NCBI GenBank assembly: GCA_964511105.1
Contig: CAZEEC010000001.1
Coordinates: 11,358-75,357 of the forward strand
DNA: 64,000 bases
Origin: an uncultured Mesorhizobium sp.
GTDB taxonomy: Bacteria; Pseudomonadota; Alphaproteobacteria; Rhizobiales; Rhizobiaceae
Reading direction: 5' to 3'
Shown: positions 32,540-41,539 of the stretch, one piece after another
Numbering within the stretch: the stretch's first letter is position 1
How the letters are laid out: every line of letters starts with the position of its first letter
The notes under the pieces: model-generated
Database searches by the model: none
What the model was told of the DNA's origin: nothing
The model's input: the letters and a program-made list of their open reading frames with translations, nothing else
Position numbers and translations under genes: made by a program

Positions 32540-34165
32540 GTGCCCCCGAGTCCGCCACTCGCCAGTCCATTGCGGCATTCGGCCTTCCGGACCCTTTGGG
32601 CGGCAACGCTTGCCTCCAATCTCGGCGGCCTCATCCAAGCGGTGGGCGCTGCCTGGATGATGACGACGATTTCGAATTCGGCGAGCATGGTTGCGCTGGT
32701 CCAGGCTGCGACCACCTTGCCGATCATGATCTTTTCGCTCGCGGCAGGCGCGCTCGCCGACAGCCTCGACCGGCGACGGATCATGTTAACCGCGCAAACC
32801 TTCATGATGGTCATCTCCGTGGCGCTGGCGGCATTCGCATGGACGGGATGGATGTCGCCCTGGCTCCTGCTCGCCTTCACCTTTTCGATTGGCTGCGGAA
32901 CCGCTCTCAACAATCCGTCCTGGCAGGCCTCCATGGGGGATATCGTGCCGCGGGAGGACATTGCGGGTGCCGTGACGCTGAACAGCATGGGGTTCAACCT
33001 CATGCGCAGCATCGGCCCAGCGATCGGCGGGGTGATCGTCGCCACGGCCGGGGCCGCGGTCGCCTTCGCTCTCAACGCGATCAGCTACATCCCGCTGATT
33101 ATTGCGCTGACGCGCTGGAAACACCGGCGCATCCCCAATGCTTTGCCGCGTGAAGCTTTTGGCGGTGCCATGTCGGCCGGGCTGCGCTATGTCGCGATGT
33201 CGCCAAATCTGATCAACGTGATGTTGCGCGGCTTTGTGTTCGGCCTGGGCGCGGTGTCGGTTCTGGCATTATTGCCGTTGGTCGCCCGCGATCTTTTGGG
33301 CGGTGGCGCGTTTGTCTATGGCATCCTGCTCGGCAGTTTTGGCGCCGGCGCGATCGGCGGAGCCGTCCTGAACAGGCCTCTGCGCGAACGCTACAGCAAC
33401 GAAAAGATTGCAGGTGGGGCCTTTTTGGGTTTCGCATTCACCGCCGTGGCCCTGTCCCAGAGCCGCGACGCCTGGCTGAGCTTTCTGGCCCTGCTCCCTG
33501 CTGGCCTCTGCTGGGTTCTGGCGCTGTCGCTCTTCAACGTCACCGTGCAGCTTTCCACGCCGCGTTGGGTGGTTGGGCGCGCTCTTTCGCTCTACCAGAC
33601 CGCCACTTTCGGGGGCTTGGCAGGAGGCAGTCTTTTGTGGGGCGTTGCCGCGGAGACGAGCGGGCCCGTAATCGCGCTACTTATCGCGGGCGCGGTGCTC
33701 GTGCTTGGCTCTGCGATTGGCTTGCGTTTTCCGCTGCCTGAGTTCGAATCTCTCAATCTCGCACCGCTCGATCGGTTTCGTGAGCCGGCGCTGCGCCTTG
33801 ACCTTCGATCACGAAGCGGCCCGATTATGGTCATGGTCGATTATGAAATTGCGCAGGAGGATGTGCCCCTGTTCCTGTCGATCATGACCGAGCGGCGGCG
33901 GATCCGCATACGGGACGGGGCGCGGCAATGGGCGCTTCTGCGCGATCTGGAAAATCCCGATTTCTGGACCGAGGCCTATCATGTGCCGACCTGGGTCGAG
34001 TATATCCGACACAATCAGCGCCGCACGCAGGCGGACGCGGAAGTCTGGGATAAATTGTCGACCCTTCATCGCGGCAAGGAGCGGCCGCGCGTTCATCGCA
34101 TGATCGAGCGGCAAACGGTCCCGGTCCATGACGACATGCCGCTAAAGCCCGACCCGAACTATTAA
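32540..34165 (+). CDS. MFS transporter (MFS_3/DUF894 type) with soluble C-terminal domain
   Basis: [12 protein letters not shown] motif A, about 12 TMs, C-terminal [12 protein letters not shown]...TWVEYIRH domain. Confidence 0.88.
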   Translation: MPPSPPLASPLRHSAFRTLWAATLASNLGGLIQAVGAAWMMTTISNSASMVALVQAATTLPIMIFSLAAGALADSLDRRRIMLTAQTFMMVISVALAAFAWTGWMSPWLLLAFTFSIGCGTALNNPSWQASMGDIVPREDIAGAVTLNSMGFNLMRSIGPAIGGVIVATAGAAVAFALNAISYIPLIIALTRWKHRRIPNALPREAFGGAMSAGLRYVAMSPNLINVMLRGFVFGLGAVSVLALLPLVARDLLGGGAFVYGILLGSFGAGAIGGAVLNRPLRERYSNEKIAGGAFLGFAFTAVALSQSRDAWLSFLALLPAGLCWVLALSLFNVTVQLSTPRWVVGRALSLYQTATFGGLAGGSLLWGVAAETSGPVIALLIAGAVLVLGSAIGLRFPLPEFESLNLAPLDRFREPALRLDLRSRSGPIMVMVDYEIAQEDVPLFLSIMTERRRIRIRDGARQWALLRDLENPDFWTEAYHVPTWVEYIRHNQRRTQADAEVWDKLSTLHRGKERPRVHRMIERQTVPVHDDMPLKPDPNY

Positions 34166-34182
34166 AAGGGGCGACGGAATCC

Positions 34183-35211
34183 TCATCCGCGGATATTTCG
34201 GAAGGACGCATTGCCAAGCCCGGTGCCGATGGTCAGGACAGCCCAGTATTCGACGTCTTGCATGTTCGGATATTCGCTCAGTCCTTGGGTCACCGCGTCA
34301 TTGTGCATGATGAAGGAGAATTGCTTGTCGCTTGAGGGATTGAGCCTATCGCTCAAGGCCTCGGGCAAGTTAAAACCGCCCTCATGCCAATCGCCGGGCA
34401 GGTTCTGATCCCCCTCCCTGATGTTTCCGTCGCGGTCGATCATGCCGGGGCAAGCGACGGATACGGATGCAAGCAGTCTCTCCAGGTCGGCTTCCGCGAT
34501 CAACTCCTCGACCATCTTCGCAAGCCGATCCACTGCCTCCTCCCGGGAGGGTGGCGGGTCGTCCTCGCCGTGCTTCCATTGGAGCATGGATGCCACCTTC
34601 ACCTTCTGGAGTTTCAAAGGCCGCTTGCGTGGCAGTTCCAATAGGCCGGCGCGAATGCTGCCGCCGCCGATGTCCACGGCAATCATGGTTCTTGGCCCGG
34701 CGGCCGATTGACTCGCCACCAGCTTGGCCCCTCCGATCAAGGCGGCTTCGTCTGGATCATTGTGAATAGGCTGAAGTTCGATGGCCTGACCTTCGGCTTG
34801 AAGGATGGTCATGGCACGGCCAATGGCGAGTTCGCCGGCGCGGCTGTCGCGCAATCCGCCTCCTATGGCAATCTTCTCCGCGCGCTTCCAGGTCTTAGCC
34901 TTGCGGAAGGAACGGATGACGCTCGCCAGAGTTTGAGCATACTCTTCGACGGCACTGAAAATCAGTCCACCCGCTGCGGTCGAGCCCTTGCGCAGTAGAT
35001 GATCCAAGTCCTTCTTCGACAAGGTTTCGCCGGGTTTCCAGGCGACCGGATCTTGGCCGACGGCCTGCAACTGCGCGCGTAGATCGCTCACGATCTCGAA
35101 CATCGCGCGCGCACGGGCATGATCGCCCACAAACCCGTCTCGATCGGTCATTTTAAGATTATAGCCCAAGAGAGAGACGCCATCGATCTCCGTTGGAGCG
35201 TGTCTTGCCAT
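34183..35211 (-). CDS. ROK family protein (glucokinase-like)
   Basis: AVDIGGGSIRAG, VACPGMID, MHNDAVTQG, LTIGTGLG motifs; start approximate. Confidence 0.8.
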   Translation of the reverse strand: MARHAPTEIDGVSLLGYNLKMTDRDGFVGDHARARAMFEIVSDLRAQLQAVGQDPVAWKPGETLSKKDLDHLLRKGSTAAGGLIFSAVEEYAQTLASVIRSFRKAKTWKRAEKIAIGGGLRDSRAGELAIGRAMTILQAEGQAIELQPIHNDPDEAALIGGAKLVASQSAAGPRTMIAVDIGGGSIRAGLLELPRKRPLKLQKVKVASMLQWKHGEDDPPPSREEAVDRLAKMVEELIAEADLERLLASVSVACPGMIDRDGNIREGDQNLPGDWHEGGFNLPEALSDRLNPSSDKQFSFIMHNDAVTQGLSEYPNMQDVEYWAVLTIGTGLGNASFRNIRG

Positions 35212-35346
35212 CTTAGCAGCCTCAAAAGTCAATCGAACAAGCGGTTATCGGAGACTTTCCGATGCAGAAAAGTACGTTCCCTGCGGCTGCTGAAGATCGG
35301 ACCTCAGGCTGCCATTGTGGATGCGAGCATGCGCAAAGTGCTGATG

Positions 35347-35553
35347 CTAGACGTCGCCCTTCTGTTTGCCGGCATCACCCATATCGCTACGATCCGGATC
35401 ACGGTTGTTCTCGCCCATGGCATCACGATCCGTATCGGGATCATCGACAGCGGGCCGATAGCCGCGCGGCCGGTTTTCGGCCGGTCCTTCCCAGCGCGGC
35501 CGTTCGTCGATGGTGCCGGGCGCGCCCTTGGCGGGTTTCTGATTTGCCATCAT
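35347..35553 (-). CDS. Small acidic hydrophilic protein, probable general-stress-response target
   Basis: 68 aa rich in D/R/G/P; AAGGAGAG SD; EcfG-type promoter directly upstream. Confidence 0.65.
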   Translation of the reverse strand: MMANQKPAKGAPGTIDERPRWEGPAENRPRGYRPAVDDPDTDRDAMGENNRDPDRSDMGDAGKQKGDV

Positions 35554-35583
35554 CGCTCTCCTTCAACGAGGTTCTGAAGCTGC

Positions 35584-35609
35584 AACGCCCGCTCCAGGTT
35601 CCGCGTTCC
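35584..35609 (-). promoter_or_regulatory. EcfG/RpoE2 (general stress sigma) promoter
   Basis: Minus strand GGAAC-N17-CGTT, a match to the established consensus GGAAC-N16/17-CGTT. Confidence 0.7.
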
Positions 35610-35730
35610 GCAGCCCGGGAAATTTCTGCATCCGGTTCATCGGTTTGCAGAAAACATTGTGGAACCTATCTGAGGCAGGAGCCGGCGGCAGGTTGCCGTT
35701 TGGGCGAGCCCGCAAATCCTGGAGATATTC

Positions 35731-36750
35731 ATGACAGCCCTCTCGATCCTCGACCTGGTCCGCGTCACGGAAGCGACCGATGCGCGTGGAGCGCTCGACA
35801 ACGCCCGCGATCTCGCGGTTCATGCAGAAGGTTGGGGGTACCGGCGCTTCTGGATCGCCGAGCATCACAACATGCCAGGCATCGCGAGCGCCGCCACGTC
35901 GATTGTCATTGCTCATATCGCAGCAGGCACCTCCACGATCCGCGTTGGGGCTGGTGGCATCATGCTCCCGAACCACGCCCCCTACATCATAGCGGAGCAG
36001 TTCGGCACGCTGGCGCGCCTGCATCCAGGGCGGATCGATCTTGGCCTTGGGCGCGCTCCCGGCACAGATCCGATGACAGTGCGCGCTCTGCGCCGCTCGC
36101 TTGCCAATTCCGACCATTTTCCGCAGGACGTACTTGAGCTCCAGGCCTATTTCGAGCCCGTCGAGGCCGGCCAGCGGCTCCAGGCGGTGCCGGCTGCAGG
36201 CACCCAAGTTCCGCTGTGGATTCTGGGGTCGAGCACGTTCGGCGCGCAACTGGCGGCCGAACTGGGGCTTCCTTACGCCTTCGCCTCCCATTTCGCGCCT
36301 GACCAACTCCTGCCGGCGCTCGACATCTACCGCAATCGCTTCAAGCCTTCGGCTCAGCTTGACCGGCCCTATGCAATGGCAGGAATCAACATCGTCGCAG
36401 CCGACACTGAGCAGGAAGCGCGAAGGCTTGCCACGACGCAGCAGATGTCATTCGCTAGCATCCTGCGCGGCGACCGAGGCTTGAGCCAGCCGCCGATCGA
36501 CGACATCGAAACCTACTGGAATCCGCTTGAGAAGGCGCAAGTGAGCCAGATGCTTTCCCGTTCGGTTGTCGGTGCGCGTGACACGGTGCGGGATGGGATC
36601 ACGGCCTTTGTTAAGGAAACGGGCGTTGACGAGCTGATGGTGGTTTCCGATGTGTACGACCACAAGGAGCGGCTCCGCTCGTTCGAGATCATCGCCGATG
36701 CGGCACGACGCGAAGCCAATCACTCGCGGCCAACCGAAATAAGCGCCTGA
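35731..36750 (+). CDS. LLM-class flavin-dependent oxidoreductase (YhbW-like)
   Basis: [35 protein letters not shown]. Confidence 0.9.
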   Translation: MTALSILDLVRVTEATDARGALDNARDLAVHAEGWGYRRFWIAEHHNMPGIASAATSIVIAHIAAGTSTIRVGAGGIMLPNHAPYIIAEQFGTLARLHPGRIDLGLGRAPGTDPMTVRALRRSLANSDHFPQDVLELQAYFEPVEAGQRLQAVPAAGTQVPLWILGSSTFGAQLAAELGLPYAFASHFAPDQLLPALDIYRNRFKPSAQLDRPYAMAGINIVAADTEQEARRLATTQQMSFASILRGDRGLSQPPIDDIETYWNPLEKAQVSQMLSRSVVGARDTVRDGITAFVKETGVDELMVVSDVYDHKERLRSFEIIADAARREANHSRPTEISA

Positions 36751-36753
36751 CGC

Positions 36754-36791
36754 AAAAACACTCCCTTGCGCATCGATGACGCAAGGGAGTG
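36754..36791 (-). terminator. Terminator hairpin between convergent LLM and peroxidase genes
   Basis: CACTCCCTTGCG / CGCAAGGGAGTG 12-bp stem preceded by AAAAA (U-tail on the minus strand). Confidence 0.75.
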
Positions 36792-36841
36792 CAAAGACAA
36801 CCCGACTGCTGAAAAATCCGCCCGCTCCGGGATCCAATGGA

Positions 36842-37846
36842 TCAAGGCAGCGGGGGAACCGTGAATTGCGGCATGTCACCCGTCAGCGCGTACAGGAAGG
36901 CCTCGATGTCCGCGTTCACATCCGGCTCGAGCTCGATCCCGAGCATGTCGCGCGCCATGATTTGGATGGCTTCCTGCAGCGTCTCGGTCTGGCCGTTGTT
37001 GAAATACGGATAGGTGAGCGCGACGTTGCGCAACGTCGGCGTCTTGAATGCGTGCCGGTCGTATTCCTCGCCAGTCACGAGGTACCGTCCAAGGTCGGTG
37101 GAGCCGGGAACCTGGATAGGATAGAATTGACTGTCGGTGAGAGCAGGTCCCGAATGGCAGGCGACGCAGCCATTGTCGACGAACGCGACCATGCCTCGAA
37201 GTTGCTGCTCGTTCATCGCCTCCTCATCGCCGGCGAGCCAATGATCAAGCGGTGAGTTCGGCGTATTGAGAGTCCGCTGGAAGGCTGCAAGCGCCATTCC
37301 CACGCTCTCGGCATCGACCGGGTCGTTCTTTTCGGGAAATGCTGCCTCGAACCGTTCCTCATAGAGTGGGAACTCGCGCAGACGCTGCACCGCTTCGCCG
37401 ACGGGCATCGCCATTTCCACGGCGGCCTCGATCGGCCCGAGCGCTTGCTCTTCAAGCGTATCGGCCCGTCCATCCCAAAACTGCGAAGTGAAAAAGCCGG
37501 AATTGAGAACCGTGGGCGTGTTGCGTTCGCCCACCTGGCCGGCATGGCCGGTGGCCAGCGGAATGCGGTCAGCATAGCCCATCGCCGGATTGTGGCAGGT
37601 CGCGCAGGAGATCACGCCGCTTGCTGAAATCCGGGGCTCGAAGAACAGCATCTTGCCGAGCTCGATCTTCTCGGGCGTCATCGAATTGTCCGACGGAATC
37701 GGCGAAATCGCGGGGAGCGGCTGGAAATACTGCCGGTAGTCGCCGTAATCGAGAGCGTCTTGCGCGGCTGCGGAGCCCGCTGCCGCAAAAAGCGCCACAA
37801 CACCGGCCGATACCGCGCGACCCAGAATTATTTTCGATGTTCCCAT
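36842..37846 (-). CDS. Periplasmic di-heme cytochrome c peroxidase
   Basis: Signal peptide; CATCH and CVACH heme motifs; QFWDGRA; FKTPTLRNVALTYPYF. Confidence 0.9.
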   Translation of the reverse strand: MGTSKIILGRAVSAGVVALFAAAGSAAAQDALDYGDYRQYFQPLPAISPIPSDNSMTPEKIELGKMLFFEPRISASGVISCATCHNPAMGYADRIPLATGHAGQVGERNTPTVLNSGFFTSQFWDGRADTLEEQALGPIEAAVEMAMPVGEAVQRLREFPLYEERFEAAFPEKNDPVDAESVGMALAAFQRTLNTPNSPLDHWLAGDEEAMNEQQLRGMVAFVDNGCVACHSGPALTDSQFYPIQVPGSTDLGRYLVTGEEYDRHAFKTPTLRNVALTYPYFNNGQTETLQEAIQIMARDMLGIELEPDVNADIEAFLYALTGDMPQFTVPPLP

Positions 37847-37965
37847 GATGCGGCTCCCGTTTGCACCTACCGTCAGATGTTGGATTAACGCCATCCGTTT
37901 GGAGCATACATATTGAGGTACGTTCAAGCGGCTGGCAACCTTGAACAGGAAACATATGGCGCTCT

Positions 37966-38430
37966 CTAGGCTCGACCAGAGCCGTCGGGGAATAAAGATG
38001 CGCGTGCGAGGAATGCTGCGGGTGTTGCAGCGTTGCGGAGTTCGTCGAGCCATCTTTCGTCGCGCAAATGCCTGACGGTTTGCGACAGGATCGGGAGGTC
38101 GCCACCTTCGGAAGGCGAGAGGAAGGCGATTACGAGATCGATAGGAGTATCGTCGGGTGCGCTGTTGAGCAGCAACGGCGGCTTCAAAATCGCCGCCGCC
38201 GCAACGGGAGCGGCCAGAATGGTGGCTTTCGCATGCGGCAGTGCGACCCCCCTGCCGATAGCGGTCGAGCCCAACTTTTCTCGTGCGAGCAGCGCGTCGG
38301 CCAACGGCGCCGGATCATAGCCAAGATCAGCAGCAATCGCAGCCGAGAGCGCCACGATGAAATCTGATTTCGACGCTGCTTCAAGACCGATCAGAATGCG
38401 GGAGGCAGCCAGATAGTCGCCTAACATCAT
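37966..38430 (-). CDS. PTS EIIA, PtsN (nitrogen-regulatory)-like
   Basis: REKLGSTAIGRGVALPHA with the phospho-acceptor His, APDDTPIDL; start overlaps the phaG stop (ATGA). Confidence 0.85.
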   Translation of the reverse strand: MMLGDYLAASRILIGLEAASKSDFIVALSAAIAADLGYDPAPLADALLAREKLGSTAIGRGVALPHAKATILAAPVAAAAILKPPLLLNSAPDDTPIDLVIAFLSPSEGGDLPILSQTVRHLRDERWLDELRNAATPAAFLARASLFPDGSGRA

Positions 38431-38828
38431 GGGTCGAGCCCGTCGTCTGGCTGGGAAAGATGCTCCTCTGGCTGCGGACCCGAGATGGAGGGAGGAATGC
38501 TGAGATTGCCTTCGGACCGGTCGCGGTAAATGGCGGCGCGGCCAAGCATCATCAACGTCACCGGCATGGTGACGGTGACGAAGATGCCGATCAGAATCTC
38601 ATGGATGACAAGCCGCGACGAGGCCGCCGTAAAGAAGATCATCGACCCCATGACGATGCCAGCGGTCCCCCAACTAGACCCGAGGGTCGGCGCATGAATC
38701 CGTTTGTAGAAGGTGCCCAGCCTGACCAGCCCGATCGCCCCTATAAGCGTCAGCGAGGAGCCGAGGAGAATGAAGGCCGCGGAGAGAATGGCGGCCCAAA
38801 GCGGCAGTTCGGCATAGGCCACGCTCAT
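38427..38828 (-). CDS. phaG: Mrp/Pha cation:H+ antiporter subunit G
   Basis: IGAIGLVRL..FYKRIHAPTLG; operon position. Confidence 0.92.
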   Translation of the reverse strand: MSVAYAELPLWAAILSAAFILLGSSLTLIGAIGLVRLGTFYKRIHAPTLGSSWGTAGIVMGSMIFFTAASSRLVIHEILIGIFVTVTMPVTLMMLGRAAIYRDRSEGNLSIPPSISGPQPEEHLSQPDDGLDP

Positions 38829-39106
38829 TCGATCACCTCGCCGCGCATCAGGAACTTGGCCAAGGCCACCGTGGCGACGAAACCGAGCACGGCGACGATC
38901 AGGGCTGTTTCGAAATACAGCGTGTTGCCGGTGCGCACGCCGAAGGTCAAAAGTTGCAGCATCGCAGCGATGTAGAGGGCGTCGAAGGCAAGCACACGGT
39001 CCTGCGCGCGCGGACCGACCATCATCCGATAGGCAATCAAAGCCATGGCGATGGCCAGCAAGCCCTGCGCCGCCAAAAGGGAAAACTGCATGATCAGGAC
39101 GCTCAT
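38825..39106 (-). CDS. phaF: Mrp/Pha antiporter subunit F
   Basis: GPRAQDRVLAFD...AKFLMRGEVIE. Confidence 0.92.
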   Translation of the reverse strand: MSVLIMQFSLLAAQGLLAIAMALIAYRMMVGPRAQDRVLAFDALYIAAMLQLLTFGVRTGNTLYFETALIVAVLGFVATVALAKFLMRGEVIE

Positions 39107-39588
39107 TCGAAAATCTCCAGCAAGAGACGCTCGTAGCGGTTCTGGATCAGTTCGATCCAGGCAGCTTCGTCGACAAGATCGAAGACATGGATCAAAACAG
39201 TACCGCGCGCGGAATTGTAGTCGAACCAGGCCGTGCCTGGCGTGCTCGTTACGATGATTGATAAGATCGCCAGTCCAGCCGAATTGGTTAGCCGCAACGG
39301 CACGGTGATAAAACCGGAGGTCTCCTGATAACGCCTGCCCGACAGGATGATACCTACAACGGCAATATTCGATCGGATGATGTCATAAAGAACTATGACG
39401 AACAGGGTGGGTATGGCCGTGTAGCGCCCGATCTGCGGGCTCGCCTCCCCTAATGCCCGCAGCGCGTAACTCGCCAAAAGCGCGACGAGCACGGCCAACA
39501 CCGCGTGGCCCGGCGTGAAGCCAGACAGCGCCAGCCACATGAAGATGAGGCCAAGGGTCAGAAGTGGGTATGGGAAGATCGTCCTCAC
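39103..39588 (-). CDS. phaE: Mrp/Pha antiporter subunit E
   Basis: DIIRSNIAV, TSTPGT, LIHVFDL, RYERLLLEIFE. Confidence 0.92.
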   Translation of the reverse strand: MRTIFPYPLLTLGLIFMWLALSGFTPGHAVLAVLVALLASYALRALGEASPQIGRYTAIPTLFVIVLYDIIRSNIAVVGIILSGRRYQETSGFITVPLRLTNSAGLAILSIIVTSTPGTAWFDYNSARGTVLIHVFDLVDEAAWIELIQNRYERLLLEIFE

Positions 39589-41198
39589 TGGCTACCTCCG
39601 GCGAAAGGTGGCACGCGTTCGGCCCCGAGAACGGCATCGAGATACCGCCGAGGGTCGTGCAGATCGCTCGCCGCAGCCGTGATGACTTCCATCACCGGAC
39701 CGGCCTGGATGGCCAGCCCCACGAGAATCACGAGCAAAAACAAGATTGGCGCGGTTTCCACGATTGTCACGCGCGGCTCGAAGGCTTCCACGGGTGCCCA
39801 GAACGTACGTATCCCCATCCGCGTAAGCCCGATCAGAGCTGTTACCCCCGATAGGATGATGAGGACGGCCAGCACAACTCGCATGAAGCCACCTGCCAAC
39901 TCGGTCGATGCCGGACCGATGACCGCATGGAGAATGGCGAATTTGGCGAGGAAGCCCGTAAGTGGCGGGAGCCCGATCAGGACCAGTGCCAAAAGCGCGA
40001 AAGCGACGCCGAGCACCGCCAGTGCCTGGGGCATGATCTGGCCGATTTCAGCATCCCCTTCATCTTCCGGGTCTGCTTCGCCATAGGCCTCCATGGTCAC
40101 TGCGAGGACGTTCGTTGCCGCATCCTGCTCGCGGGCCAGAAGTTCGACCAACATGAACATCGCGCTTGCGGCAAGGGTAGAACTGACCAGGTAGAACAGG
40201 GCGCCTGCAGTACTGCCGACCTCCGAAATACCAAAGGCCGCCAGCAGCGTTCCCGACGACATCAGCACGAAATAGGCCGCGGCACGTTGCATCGACTGCG
40301 ACGCCAGAACGCCGATCGAGGCGAAGGCGAGCGTGATGCTGCCGCCGATGAAGATGATGATCGAGCCGAATGCCTCGCCGCCGTCAGGCACCAGCAGCGC
40401 CAAACGCAGCAGCGCATAAATGCCGACCTTGCTCAGGATCGCCAAAATGGCAGAGACCGGAGCAGCCGCCGCAGAATAGGCGGGAACGAGCCAATGTCCG
40501 AGCGGCCACATCGCAGCCTTGATCAGGAATGCAAGCCCCAGCATGGCCAGCCCGACATGCAGTGCGGGCCCGGCGAAGCCTTCGAGACTGGCCGCGCGTA
40601 CGGAAATCTCCGCCATGTTGAGGCTGCCAGTGGCGCCGAAGACCATCGCGATGCCGATCAGGAAGATCAGCGACGACACGAGATTGACCGCGATATAGTG
40701 CAGGCCGGCCTTCACCCGCGCCGAGCCCGAACCGTGCAGAACCAGCCCGTAGGAAGCTGCCAGCATGACCTCGAAGAAGACGAAGAGATTGAACAGGTCG
40801 CCGGTCAGGAACGCGCCATTCAGCCCGACCAGCAAGAACTGGAACAGCGTGTGGAAATGCGGACCGGATTTTTCCCAGCGCGCTGTTGCGAACACAAGCG
40901 CGGGAATGGCCAGCAGCGCAGTCAGCATCAGCATGATCACCGACAGCCGGTCGGCGACCAGATTGATCGCGACTGGAGCGGGCCAATTTCCAAGCAGATA
41001 GATGAGCGTCGCCGGATCGTCGTCAAAATGGACGCGCCGCAGAAGATCAAACGAGACGACGAGGAGCGTCAGGGCCGATATCAGCGCGATGGTGGCCTTC
41101 AGCCGGCGTTCCCGATCGTCGAAAAAGAGCATCAACGCGCCCGCCAGAAGCGGGATCAAAACCGGTGCGATGACGATGTGGTGGGGATCGAGATTCAT
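39585..41198 (-). CDS. phaD: Mrp/Pha antiporter subunit D
   Basis: GAFLTGDLFNLFVFFEVML, IKAAMWPL, GLPPLTGF. Confidence 0.93.
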   Translation of the reverse strand: MNLDPHHIVIAPVLIPLLAGALMLFFDDRERRLKATIALISALTLLVVSFDLLRRVHFDDDPATLIYLLGNWPAPVAINLVADRLSVIMLMLTALLAIPALVFATARWEKSGPHFHTLFQFLLVGLNGAFLTGDLFNLFVFFEVMLAASYGLVLHGSGSARVKAGLHYIAVNLVSSLIFLIGIAMVFGATGSLNMAEISVRAASLEGFAGPALHVGLAMLGLAFLIKAAMWPLGHWLVPAYSAAAAPVSAILAILSKVGIYALLRLALLVPDGGEAFGSIIIFIGGSITLAFASIGVLASQSMQRAAAYFVLMSSGTLLAAFGISEVGSTAGALFYLVSSTLAASAMFMLVELLAREQDAATNVLAVTMEAYGEADPEDEGDAEIGQIMPQALAVLGVAFALLALVLIGLPPLTGFLAKFAILHAVIGPASTELAGGFMRVVLAVLIILSGVTALIGLTRMGIRTFWAPVEAFEPRVTIVETAPILFLLVILVGLAIQAGPVMEVITAAASDLHDPRRYLDAVLGAERVPPFAGGSQ

Positions 41199-41539
41199 CG
41201 GTCGCTCTCCCGCCCATCGACATGGTCGGTGCCGCTCAAACCGCGCGAGACGATCAAGACGACGAGGAAGAGCGCGGTCGTGGCAAAACTGATGACGATC
41301 GCCGTCAGGACGAGGGCCTGCGGCAATGGGTCGGCAAATGCGCTCGGATCGGCGCCGTTTGAACTGTCAAGCACAGGCGACGCGTTCACGCGCAGCCGCC
41401 CCATCGAAAAGATGAAGAGATTGACCCCATAGGACAGGAGCGCCAGTCCGATCACCACCTGATAGGTGCGCGGACGCAGAATGAGCCAGACGCCCGATCC
41501 CGCAAGGGTGCCGATGGCCGCCGCAATCAGGAGTTCCAT
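41195..41539 (-). CDS. phaC: Mrp/Pha antiporter subunit C
   Basis: DPLPQALVLTAIVISF. Confidence 0.93.
   Translation of the reverse strand: MELLIAAAIGTLAGSGVWLILRPRTYQVVIGLALLSYGVNLFIFSMGRLRVNASPVLDSSNGADPSAFADPLPQALVLTAIVISFATTALFLVVLIVSRGLSGTDHVDGRESDR

Noticed and set aside
32338-33075. Apparent 246-aa N-terminal extension of FtsZ in the ORF track
   Set aside because: It overlaps the divergent MFS gene in antisense; a good SD and ATG exist at 32337.
35586-35596. CGCCCGCTCCA matching the tRNA-Gly 3' end as an att site
   Set aside because: Only 11 nt, inverted relative to the tRNA, and located inside the EcfG promoter spacer; probably chance.
37913-37927. TTGA-N7-TCAA upstream of the peroxidase as an FNR box
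   Set aside because: Spacer is one base too long for the TTGA-N6-TCAA consensus.
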